DNA of 64,000 nt from Selaginella moellendorffii (taxonomy: Eukaryota > Plantae > Lycopodiophyta): the NCBI RefSeq assembly GCF_000143415.4, contig NW_003314267.1, positions 641,394 to 705,393 of the forward strand, in the 5' to 3' direction. The notes under the pieces were generated by a model. The model did no database searches, was not told where the DNA came from, and was given only the letters and a program-made list of their open reading frames with translations. Position numbers and translations under genes: made by a program. This document shows, in pieces, positions 1 to 12,034 of the stretch (its first letter is position 1; each line of letters opens with the position of its first letter).

Positions 1-3000
1 ACTCATTTTGGATCTATCTCAGACTCCATCTCGGGTCATCTCGGACTCCATCTCGAACTCCACCACATGTCATGTGTTGGTCCTTTTGGGTCCCTTTTTA
101 GAGCCTCGCTTATTGCTCGCTTCGTGCTCATTCCTTTAGCACTTTGTTGGGAGTCCACTCTCGCTCTTGACTTTTTAAGTCGGAGCTTTTGGTTCAAACG
201 TGTTACACTTGTTTGGCCTTCGCTTCGGCCACTTCCATGTGGCACCCTTTTGGCTCCACTTTGGGGCCTAGGGATTTTGTGTCTCACAACTCCACCACCC
301 ATAAACAAAGTTCGATATCCTCATCGAATGATAAACTATTTTATAAAGTAATACCAACATGTATTATCCTTTCCATTCTTGGCACCTTGCCAATATTTGT
401 CAATGGTTTGATATTGAAGGCTCACCATGCTTTGCCCATCCTCTAAGGAGCATAGTCTCTCCAACTTAGAGACTCATTCGACCACTTGTGGTGGTTCTTT
501 CCTTTTATTGGTTTAATTCTGGCTAAATTTGTTAGAGACACCTTCTCTAACTCAATCCCACTACTCATTCTTGAGTAGTCTCAATTTTCATTGATATAAG
601 CTTTGCACTTTGGAACTTGTAATCTTGACTTCTCGAAGTCAATTTCCTGGGTATCTTCGTGTGCAACTCCACTTCCCCATCCTAGGAAGTTCTCTACTTG
701 AGGGCACTATCATCCTCTCTTCTATTTCGTGCCAACCTCAACACTAAGTTCCAGTTATCATAACTTGTGCTAGGGCTGTCCACAGCCCCATCATTTGGCT
801 ACCTTACCGCTCTTTCCTTTGGAGCTTCCCCTTTTGCCAAATCGGAGCAATTGGAAATTTATCCTTGGAAACACATTGCCTTTCCCACAATCCGTTAACA
901 TCCAACACATTAGTGTTCCTCGGCTAACTTTGCCATCTAGATTTCTTACAATGAATCCCATGGCCCAAACTTGGCCACTTATCTTTTGCTCCTATCTGGT
1001 TATTGTTGCACCAAGCAACATAGGCTCAGATATCTCCATCCTTGAGGTATTCTTTCGGTTCCATGGCAAAAGCTCCATTTTGCCAAGTCCAGAGGGTGCT
1101 CACCCCTAGTAGGTCTCTTTAGCATTTTCTGCTGTGGGCCCCAGCGATGGCTCAACTTTGTGACCCTCCTATGGGTCTCTTCTAGAGACTACTTTCTTTG
1201 GACTTTCTATGCCATCACCTTGACACAGGTCATTCCCCTTAGGTGTTCATCCCACTTGGTCACCTTGACCAAGCCATGCCATCATCAATAGTTCAAATCA
1301 ACACTTTGAACTAGGAACCTTATTCCTTAACCTCACAAGGACCTTATACTCTCAGTAAGGAGACTGGCTTAGGCACACCGCCAAGTGGGGGATGCCCTGG
1401 AGTCGTGATGCATGGTTAGATTACTTAGTGTGGCTTGGCATATCTAACTTAAACACTTTAGTGTGAGTGGCACCAAGGACGTGGTGAATGAGATGGGGAC
1501 ACCCAGTCTCAGTTGCTATGGACCCTTAGCTGGAAGGGTTGACTTGGGTGCACCGCCAAGTGTGGGGGATGCCCCCGGGGTCATGGTGAACAACTTAAAG
1601 GTCTGGGAGGCCTAGTACCTATTAGCAAACCTATTAAGGTGACTAAGGTTAGATCACTAGATGATCTTATGGCTAAAAACAAGGCCATGACCACCGAAAA
1701 ATGAGTGTCCTCATATTTCAAACCATCACTGCACCCTAGTGAGTTGGGATTCAAACTCAAGCACTAGAGGGTCAGGACTCGAACCCAACCTCGGTATATG
1801 CATCTACGGAAGGCATCATCCAAGATACCTGGCATGACTCCCCACGCTGGTGCACCAACTTATAGTTAAAGCGTGCTACAAATCACAACTTAGGAACCTA
1901 GTTCCTTTGCACTGCCAAGTCCTCTCATTTGACAAATTTGTGATCATGCATGGACTCTCAGTAAGGCCACCCTTTTTGAAGTTGGCACCTTCACTAGGGG
2001 ATTTGTTCCTCTGACTTGTCAATTTCACTTAGCAAGTCATCCGACCAACATAACATGGTTTCATGCACAAGCGTGAAAGTCCTTGACCATCAACTTTCAT
2101 TCAAAGCCATCCCTTTGAGCACTCAGGAGTTGCTTCTCTAACCTTGATAGCCTTGCGTTATGGCAAGCTTCAAGGCCACGCTTTTACTAAGCCATTCTGA
2201 TTTCGTGCGTTCTATGAACCATTTACACTTGGCTTTCTAAGTACTAAACTACCTAGAATTGTCTTTAGGAACCTTTGAATGAACTCTATTCCTTAGCTTA
2301 CTAAGGCTTCTCCTTTCGCAAACTTTTTAATTGTCATATGGTCTAACATGGACAATTCCATGCCTTAGACTCTCCATAGCATCACGGTTGTTAGTAACAA
2401 TATGCTTGAGCACCCACTTGATTCTCCACTCCCAACTGGCATAACCACTCTTGGTTATGCAATTCGATTTTTATGGTTTGGTTCTATCCCCTTACTACTT
2501 GCTTTTGGCCTCACACCTTTCCTTTAGTTATTCTCCTATAGACTAGGAGGATAGTTTTGCACTTTCTACTATGCCATAACAAGTATTCTTAAAGATGAAC
2601 CTACTCGATAGCCTAGGGAGTGGTTCCTCAATTCAGGTATGCTCAACTTATAATCCCATGCATTGGGATTAACGTTACTACTTATGGGCTTTTATATGCC
2701 CATCACTAGCCTTGCCAAAATTCCATTTTGGCTTTGTCCAATTCAGGTAGACAGTCTTCTTCTGTCTCCGCGACCTTGGACATTTGGATAGTACCTTCTA
2801 TCTATCATTCGTTAGGGACTTAGTCCCTTGGGACTTATCTATTACTTTCGCGATATTAAACACCATCTCCTGGTGTTCTAGAGTGTTTGGGTGTCCTAAT
2901 GATGGCCTCCTTGACAATGAATATTTCTTTTTACGACATTGACTCACTATATTGCAACATAAGCAATTTATCCCCCGTAAGGGTATATCTAACTTCCTTA

Positions 3001-5631
3001 TGCCATTAAGAAGTCTTGGGTAACTACTTTCTATCCATTTAACCAATTATCTTACACTTTTTACTTAGTTGCCTCATAGTTGTCAAGTCTTACAACTCTT
3101 TGATTGGTGCTTCCATACCTCCATCATTATCTGGGTCACCACACTCCAATCGCATGCCTTCCAGTTTAGGCTATGCCATTCCCATTTCCATTAGGATTCC
3201 TTTGGAAAGGGGTTCTCATTACCTTGCCAACTTGACCTCAAGGCATCACGCCTTGGCACATTTGGTGTCTCCACACTATCAACTCTACAAGCCTACTTTT
3301 ACGATACTTTCCACTTGTGTTTGGGTCTTTGCCAAGACCAAAGCAATCATTTCTCATACCAATTATCAGTTAGCACTGCACCATAGTGTTCACACACAAC
3401 TCTATACCAAAGTTGCTTTCTTTTGGGAACACCTTTCCCATGACTTTAGTATGGCACATTCTGGTATCGATGAGATACCTTTTGTTCTCATACTTGGATC
3501 CTATAATCCTTCCATCTTTTGTGAGGTACAACACACCTCAGTGCAAATGCTTCCATCAATCCTTGACTCTAGGATCATTCCTTGACTCTATTTGAGTCAT
3601 TTAGCTTTTTGGACTTTGTTACCCGTGAGGTTTTATTTTTGAGGTGCCAGCTCACTAGAATACAACTTTTTGTATTCAGGTCCTACTCACAAGAACCATC
3701 TTTGCAAGTGTTACTCCAATACTTGATTTTGTTTTCTAGGGGCAACCTTTTGCCCCTTATGACCACTTGTCCATGTGATGAGAATACCAACTCATCCTCT
3801 AAGTACACCCCTAACTCCTTGGGTTGTTCCAGCATTTATTAGATGTAACCCCAACTACCATTTCAAGGACTTGTGTCCTCTTCCGTATTTAACCTCCCAC
3901 GGTCATTAATTTTGATCTCAAATTTATGAGCACCAGCCTCAACTATATGAGGATAATCTTGTGACTCCTTTATCATTTTGGAGTTTGCATCTTTATTGTG
4001 ATCCCAACTAGAGTTGTTTACCACAATTATATTAGCCAGTTTGTTAAGTCAAATGCTCATCTGCATCACATCCTCAACTCTCTGAGGAAACCTCATACTA
4101 TTCCCAAGATCCCAAACTCATTCTCTTACTGGCCCCTTTTCTATCCACCACATTGCACATAAGTTCACGCATGAACTTGAGTGGAGAGCTATGTCCTCTC
4201 AACATACAACTCCTCGAGGATAGATATATACCTAGAACTTTCCAATTCCAATACAAGTGGTGATATACTTGGCTACCAATAAGAGTCGGACTAAGGAACA
4301 GCTCTGATACCAAGTTGTAAGCGACTAAATTTTCCATTCTACTTTAGTCACTTAACCACATTTTTGACCACTTAGAAGAATTTCACTCACAACCTCCATA
4401 AGTTCTATTTTAGACTTAGGGACTTGCTAGCCCTAAGAATGGCATCCATGCCACTCAACTATTGCACTTGGTCCAAGTGCTCCACGTGTCTGATCTCATG
4501 ACCGACACCCCAAGGTACCACTGACATATCAGCCCATTACGCTAAGGCTATGCTCATTCACCTTGGTTACACTAGTGGTCTGACACCACCTACATCACAA
4601 TCCCGTCTCTCCAAGACTGAGCCATTTTTCCATGAGTGATCATCCCAAATCCACTCCTTAGCATCCTTAGGATGCCTACAGGCATGGGGAATAGCCTTCC
4701 CCAATATCCCTTTTCCGGTCCCCACTAAATCCCTATCTACCCATGGCCGTGTTCGCTAACACTGCCACTAGATCGAGGCCTACAGGCCCGACCACTAAGT
4801 CCCACGGTCCTTTGGGACTTCCTCACCACACGACTGTATCCTTGGTCACTACACCAGAGGACTACTCCTCTTTCTTTTCACAGTCTAAGCCTTTGGGATA
4901 ACATATCGGAACACTGTGGCCCTACACAAGCCTCATGGGTACTCTCCCCGCCTTCCACGTTTAGGTGCTCTAGCCATGGAGCTAGAGTGAGGTTTTGTTG
5001 AACCACGCTAGATATCCAAGTAGGTAATGCCACCCACGAAGCATCAACCATTTGATTTCCCGGGGGAGCTAGAGCTAGCTCTTGAACACTTCACCAAGAT
5101 AATTTGTTTGTTTGTCTATATTCACTTTAGCTTTGGACTCCTTAATGGATATATTATCACCCAACACATGTGCATAGCTTTCTTGGGTCACACTGGCCTT
5201 TCTTGGCCAAATTGGCTTCACTGGGGTCCAAACCCCCCACATTCTCCCTACTATACTTTTGGAACCCCCCCTCTGTGTTGGGGAACAATCACTTTGGGCT
5301 TTCACCCAATAGTCTGTATTAGTATTTGGATTTGGATTTGGATTTGGACTCGGACTCGGACTCAGACTCAGACTTGAACTTGGACTCGAACTCAAACTTA
5401 GACTCAATCTCAGTCTTGGTCTCGGTTCCATCTTAGACTCCATCTCAGGTCCATTTTGGACTCCATCTTGGGTCCACTTCGGACTCCATCTCGAACTCCA
5501 TCTCGGACTCCATCTCGGGTCCATCTCGGACTCCATCTCAGGTCTATCTCGGACTCCATCTTGGACTCCATCTCGAGTCCATCTCAGACTCCATCTTAAA
5601 TCCATCTTAGACTCCATCTCGGATTCCATCT
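1..5631 (-). mobile_element. Family B non-autonomous LTR element (LARD-like), copy 1; 3' LTR runs off the window start, 5' LTR distally truncated
   Basis: On the minus strand the 5' LTR (4316-~5631) ends ...CGCTTACA. A perfect tRNA-iMet PBS TGGTATCAGAGC lies at 4301-4312. The ~4 kb interior has no recognisable gag/pol. PPT GGGTGGTGGAGT is at 289-300 and the 3' LTR begins TGTGAGAC at 288. Homologous to 35731-43088. Confidence 0.85.
5320..5631 (-). repeat. 6-bp and 12-bp (GAGATGGAGTCC) minisatellite inside the family B LTR
   Basis: Direct tandem ggactccatctc and ggactc units. Confidence 0.95.
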
Positions 5632-6138
5632 TAGGAAGTTCTTTACTTGAGGGCACCCTTATCCTCTTTTCTATTTTATGCCACCCTAGACACTAAGTTC
5701 TATTTATCTATAATTTATGCTAGGGTTGTCCATGGCCTTATCATTTGGCTACTTTGCCACTCCCTCCTTTGAGGCTTTCACATTTGCCAAATTAGTATTT
5801 AAGAATCCATAGACTCTATCAAGATCAAGACTGGAAAATGCAAAAGACAAAGAGAAAAGCTAGTGAATAACAAAGAAGAGGCCTTAGACTGGTGTTGATT
5901 CAGATTGTGGAGAAATGGAACAAGGCTAACCTATATATACTATAGGTTGATGAAGCTCCACCACTCTTGGATCGAGGACGGCCCAAATATAGTTGAGGTT
6001 GAGGAGGCGCCACATCATCATCAAGAATGTGGCTCGAGACTCAGGAATCGTATGGGAAATCAAGAGTCAGGAATAGGGAAGTGTCTCGAGAGTCAGGAAT
6101 GTGGCAAGAATTGGGGGATTCCTGACATCACCCCCTCC

Positions 6139-9100
6139 TCAAGAACGAGTGGAACGAGGACGTGAATGAGAACGAGGAGGAGGATGAGATGGGCAGCGAG
6201 GGACAAGAGATGGAAAAAAAGAATGAGGACTGGGACGAGAAGGATAGCGGCGGTGGAAGTCCTGAACAAGGTCAGAAGAATGAATCAGGTTGTCCGCAGG
6301 TTCCCAAGTGCGTTCTTCAGGTCCATAACCCTTCCAGTCGACTAGATAGTAGAGTTTAAACCGTGAGATCTTGGAATCAAGGATGTCCTGAACCTCGTAC
6401 TCAAACCCATCCTCGAGCTGCACTGGTGGAGGCAGAGGAATGACCCGATTTGGAATAGGACTGGGAATATAAGGCTCAAAGAGGGAGGAGTGAAAAACGG
6501 GGTGAATTTGATATGAGGAGGGAAGTGCAAGGCGATAAATGATAGGATTAATGATGGCAGTGATAGGGAAAGGACCGAGGCATTTGAAATCAAGTTTGGG
6601 ACATGGCCTGGTAGTGGAGATATTTCGCCTGAGGAGCCAGACTTTATCCCCAATATTGTAAGGGGGACAATCCTGACGATGGACATTGGCAAATGTTTTG
6701 TGAGATTCCTGAGCACGATGGAGGTGGAAGGAGATGGAGTTGTGGATTTCCTGGAGGTTGGAGACAAATGTCTCAGAGCGGGGATTAGAATGAGAGGATT
6801 CAGGTGGAGAAGGAAGTGAGAGATTGAATCGGGGATTTCGGCCAGAGTTCGCAAAGAAGGGGGAAACTCGAAGAGAGGAGTGAACAGAGTTGTTATAGGA
6901 GAACTCAGCAAGGGGAAGGATATCGAACCAGTCATCCTGATGATAGTTGATGAAGCACCTCAGGAAGTGTTCCAACGTCTGAATCATTCGCTCGGACTGT
7001 CCATCAGTTTGAGGATGATACGCCGAAGAGAGGTTGGCCTTCACTCCAAGCAGCTGCAGAAACCGTTGCTAGAAATGAGAGATGAATTGAGGTCCCCGAT
7101 CCGAAACCACATCTGCAAGAATCCCATGAAATCGGAAAATTTCCCTGAATACCAGTTTTGCCATGTCCTCGCTCGAAAAATCCTTGGTACACGGTAGGAA
7201 GTGCGCCATCTTTGTGAAGCAATCCACCACGACTAAAATGCTGTTGAAGCCTCCAGAACTTGGGAGATCACTCAAGAAATCCATAGAGATGGATTCCCAA
7301 GGACTTTAAGGGACCGGGAGGGAACGAAGCAAACTTGAAGGAAGGTGGCGAGGTACCTTATTTCGGGCGCAAGTGTCACAGGAGGTAACAAAAGCTTTGA
7401 TGTAGTCGTCCATGTGAGGCCACCAAAAGTCTCGTGCAACCAGCTCATAGGTTTTTGCAATGCCGAAGTGACCAGCAGTCGGGCTATCGTGGCACGCCAT
7501 CAGGACCAACCGTCGAGCATCACCTTCAGGAACATAAAGCTGCTCCCCACGGTACAACAAGCCATCTAAGAACTCGAACTTGTCAAATCGCCAGCAATTG
7601 GGAGTCACTGGGTGTCCAGCCTGAAGATGGGGGAAAATGTCGTTGGTGAGGTCATCCGATTGAAGATTGTTTCTGATCGCATCCATCAAGGAGGAGTCCT
7701 GAGGGGCCAGGGAAATTGCCATAACTTGAAGCCGATCAAAACCAAGGATAACTTGATCTTGTTGATCGAAGGCAGGATTACTAGGCTTGAGACTGAGATA
7801 GGAGCGCCTTGAAAGAGCATCAGGAAGGTCTTGAAGCTTTCCAGGTCTGTACTTGATAACAAAGTCAAACCAACTCAGGAATTGTGCCCACCTTGCTTGA
7901 CGATGGCTCAAAACTCGGGAAGTGGCAAAGTACTCGAGATTTTTGTGATCCGTCCAGACTGTTGTTTGATGGCCTGCCCCCTCCAAGAAACGGCACCACT
8001 CTCCAAAGGAATCCACGATGGCAAGGAATTCCTTGTCGTGGATTTCGTAATTGATCTCTGCAAGCTGGAATTTTCGAGAATGGAAAGCGACTGGATGAAG
8101 TTCTTGATCCGCTCCGAGTTGAGATAGCACAGCACTGATGGCAAAGTCAGAGGCATCAGCCTCGATGAAGAAAGGTTGTGAGGGATCAACGTGGATCAAG
8201 AAGGGAGCAGAACTGAAGGCCGCCTTTTGTGTGTCGAAGGCCTGCTGGGCACCAGCAGACCAAGAGAAGGGAACATCCTTGCGAGTGAGATGCGTGAGAG
8301 GAAGGACAATGTCAGAGTATTGATCAATGAATTTGCGGTAGAAGTTGGCGAAGCCAAGGAAAACCTGAACGTCTGACATTGATTGTGGAGGCTCCCATTT
8401 GAGAATAGTCTTAACTTTGGTAGGATCCATCGTGATACCCTCAGGAGTGACAATGTACCCAAGGAACTCCACAGACTGTTGATCGAAGGAACATTTCTCA
8501 AGCTTCGCGTATAGGCCGTGTTTTCGCAGCTTCGCCAGCACCTTGCGTACATGTTCATTGTGCTCCTCTTGAGTTTTCGAGTAGATGAGGATGTCATCAA
8601 GGTAGACGATCACCATCTGATCAAGAAACTCCCGAAAGACGTCGTTTGCCATGTGTTGGAAAACTGCTGGAGCATTTGTCAAGCCAAATGGCATGACAGT
8701 GTACTCGAAGTGGCCATAGCGGGTTCGGAACGCAGTCTTCCATTCATCACCAAGCCGGATCCAGATCAAGTTGTATGCTCCACAAAGGTCAATCTTAGTG
8801 AAGAAGCGGGCACCGCCGAGGCGTTCCAATAGGTCTGAGAGCAAGGGCAGCGGATAACGGTTCCGAACAGTCACCTTGTTCAAACCTTGGTAGTCGATGA
8901 CTAGCCACAAACTCCCATCCTTCTTCTTGACAAAGAAGACAGGCGCTCCAGCCGGGGACTGCAAATGCTGAATATACCCCAAGGCAAGGTTCTCATCCAC
9001 GTAATCTTTGAGGGCCTGAAGCTCGGACGGGGATAACCTGTAGATAACCCCCCACGGAGATGATGCTCCTTCCTGTAAATCAATGGGACAGTCATAAGGC

Positions 9101-9912
9101 CAATGAACAGGCAGTACACTAGCTTTTTTCTTGTCAAACACATCCCCAAAATCATGATACTTCTCAGGAAGACTAATAGGAGAAACATGCAAAGCAAAAA
9201 GAAAAATAGGTTCTTCATGAAGAAGTTCTTGCATAGTGATTGTGGAGATAGGAAGAGGTGTATTACTAAATGGAATGATGAGACGAGGATACTGTCCAGT
9301 GTAACATGGAAGAGAGGAAAAAGAAGAGGGTGAAAAATTCGTAGAGTCAGGAATAGATCCCCGATTTGAGTTTAGGGAACTTTTCCTGATTCGGACTCGA
9401 TGAACAGCAGGGGAAGCCCTGGAAGATGGTGATGTGGGAGAGACAAGCTGTAATTCCTTCCAACAGATCTGAGGCTGATATAATTGGAACCAAGGGAGGC
9501 CAAGCACCACAAAGGAGGACTTGCTGTTGATGATGTTGAAGGCAGTATCGGTGACGATGGACCCGATGTGTACTCAAATGGGCAATGTTTCCCTAAGTCC
9601 AGAAGAGGGAGACACAAAATGCCTGCCAATACCTTCAACCCGCAGATCCCGTATGGTAGGAGAAAGAGGAACGTGATGTCGGGCAACAAAGTCTGTGTCC
9701 ATGAAGCAGGAAGTTGCACCCAAGTCCAGTAGCGCCAGAGCCTTGAGTCCTGATTGTCCGGTGAAAGAAAGGAGACATGGGACGTGGAAGTTGCGGGAAT
9801 TGGTGGTGGCTTTGATGAAAGGTGGTGAGGAGCTTGATAAAGAAGAGAAGTGATTTTTATTCGGGGAGTCCAAACAGACAGCTCTTACTCTGTTTGGACA
9901 AGGTCGTTTCCC
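6139..9912 (-). pseudogene. pol: pol of family A copy 1 (PR, RT, RNase H, integrase, chromodomain)
   Basis: Motifs LLDLGATSCF (PR, DSG mutated), YLDD (RT), EADASDFA (RH), H..H..C..C and MDF/SDRG/QSER (INT), YEVQDILDSK..YLVDWKGYGPEERTWEP (chromodomain). Stops at 9574, 7306 and 7069. Confidence 0.92.
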
Positions 9913-10856
9913 GACTGCAACAGAGGTGGACTTTGAGGCAGAGTGAACTCGAGCAGTCGGGGAGGCTTTTTGGGTCACACAGCTGCTTTGTGATTAGGAT
10001 CAGCACAGTAGAGGCAAAGATTATGAGATATTCGATGTTGCTTCTCAGCAGGACTCAACTTCCCTCTAATGAGTCGGGGAGTACCAGAAATATCCATCGG
10101 GACCAAAGCAGTAGGTTCAGGAGTATGCCCTGAAGACTCAAGCTAGGATTCCTGAGTCTGGGATGGGAAAACGGCGGCACGGCGACTTTCCTGACGACGT
10201 TCAAAGAGACGATTGTCGCATCGAACAACTTTGTTAATGGCGTCTGACAAGTCCGTGGGATCCTCCATGGTGAGCAACAAATCCTTGACACCGTTGTTGA
10301 GGCTGAAACGAAATTGATCAATCAGGGCCCGCTCATCCCACTGAGTGTCCAAGACAAGGAGTTGGAACTTTGCAGCATATATCGAGGCAGGACGAGACCC
10401 TTGAGAGAGACGTCTCATCTTTGTGGTGGCAGCCCGAACCCGATCCGTCCCGCCAAAACATGCTTCGAGCTTCTCCTTGAACAATTGAAGATCCATCAGC
10501 TCCGGAACTACGACCCCTTCCATGCTCTTCTCCAGGAGAGGAGAAAACCATGACAAAGTTGCACCTTTGAGCAACGTCCTAATCGCACCGATTTGAGACT
10601 CGGGAGTGGGGTACTGCCGATGTTGAAGTGCGAAGATCAGCTCCATCTAGTTCAGGAATCCGCGAATCTCCGAATGTTTCCTTGAAAATTTCGCTGGGAA
10701 ACTCACATTCGGTTCAGGAACTTTGCTGGATCCTTGAGCCAAAAGTGAAGCAAGCTTCTGCTGCATGTGAAGAAGGGTCACCTTCAGCTCGGTATTCTCA
10801 AACTGGATTTTTGCAAGGACTTCAGCAAGGAAATTAGGATGGCTTGGAGAATCCAT
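9885..10856 (-). pseudogene. gag: gag of family A copy 1 (retrotransposon gag plus CCHC zinc knuckle), in-frame stops
   Basis: Starts MDSPSHPNFL; contains RGFLN..ELIF, LSQGSR and CLYCADPNHKA. Stops at 10647 and 10143, and the last knuckle Cys is TGA. Confidence 0.85.
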
Positions 10857-11307
10857 TGGAAAAGAAGAAAGAAAAAAGGGGGAAAAAAGGCAAAGGCAAT
10901 CAAACAATCAAAACGAGCTAAAGCAAAAAACAAAAAAACACAATCTGAATCAAACTGTCAAGACCCCCAACAAGATCAAGACTGGAAAATGCAAAAGACA
11001 AAGAGAAAAACTAGTGAATAACAAAGAAGAGGCCTTAGACTGGTGTTGATTCAGATTGTGGAGAAATGGAACAAGGCTAACCTATATATACTATAGGTTG
11101 ATGAAGCTCCACCACTTTTGGATCGAGGACGGCCTAAATATAGTTGAGGTTGAGGAGGCGCCACATCATCATCAGGAATGTCTCAGGAATCGTACGGGAA
11201 ATCAAGAGTCAGGAATAGGGAAGTGTCTCGAGAGTCAGGAATGTGGTCTTCAGGTCAGGAATCTAGCGAGAGTCAGGAATGTGGCAAGAATTGGGGGATT
11301 CCTGACA

Positions 11308-11490
11308 GACCCGAGATGGAATCTGAGATAGAGTCCGAGATGGAGTCCGAGATACCCGAGATGGAGTTCGAGATGGAGTTCGAGATGGACTCGAGATGGA
11401 GTCTGAGATGGAGTCCGAAATGAAATCCAAGATGGACCCGAGATGGAGTCCGAGATGGAGTCCAAAATGGATTCGAGATGAAATCCAAGA
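11308..11490 (+). repeat. Fragment of the family B LTR minisatellite; insertion target of family A copy 1
   Basis: (GAGATGGAGTCC)n starts immediately after the TGACA end of the family A LTR. Confidence 0.85.
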
Positions 11491-12034
11491 TTTTGGACTT
11501 CTCGGGAGGTCACTCAGCTAAATATTATTTAAATCCAAGGACACTTAACCCAAGTATCCTCAGACCCTTAACCAATTGCAAAGACGCTTAACCCTAAGTA
11601 TTCCAAAACCCTTAACCAATTAGAAAAGGGGGTGTATTTTTATTCATGGGCCCTTTCCTTTTATATTTAAAACCCTATGAATTGTTTCTTAAGTCATTCT
11701 TTTTGATTGTTTACAACACACCACGTTTCTTTGCAAGTACACACCCTCAACATATATTATTATATATTAATCTTAACATATGGTGTGATTCCCTTAAGCC
11801 AACTAACAAAGTCGGACCTAAGATTGCTCTAATACCACATGTAAACTTTTGAATTTAGACTTCTTAGGAGGTCAGCCAACCCAATACTATTCAAACCCAA
11901 GGACAATTAACCCCGTACATCCTAATACCTTTAACAAATTAAAAAAGGAGGTGCATTTCTATTTATGAACTTTTTTCTTTTATATTTAAACCTCTATAAA
12001 TTGTCACTTGGGTCATTCCTTTTTATTGTTTACA
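11491..12034 (-). mobile_element. Family E Cassandra-like TRIM (LTR-internal-LTR)
   Basis: LTRs 11840-12034 and ~11491-11715 (the latter truncated). PBS TGGTATTAGAGC at 11826-11837. 5S-like C-box sequence in both LTRs. Confidence 0.8.

Larger units (their letters stand above)
5820..11307 (-). mobile_element. Ty3/gypsy chromovirus (Tcn1/Tf1-like), family A copy 1, defective
   Basis: 5' LTR 10956-11307 (TGTCA...TGACA). 3' LTR 5820-6127 lacks its outer ~15 bp. PPT-like GGAGGGGGTGA at ~6128-6138. Domain order gag-PR-RT-RH-INT-chromodomain. Confidence 0.95.
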
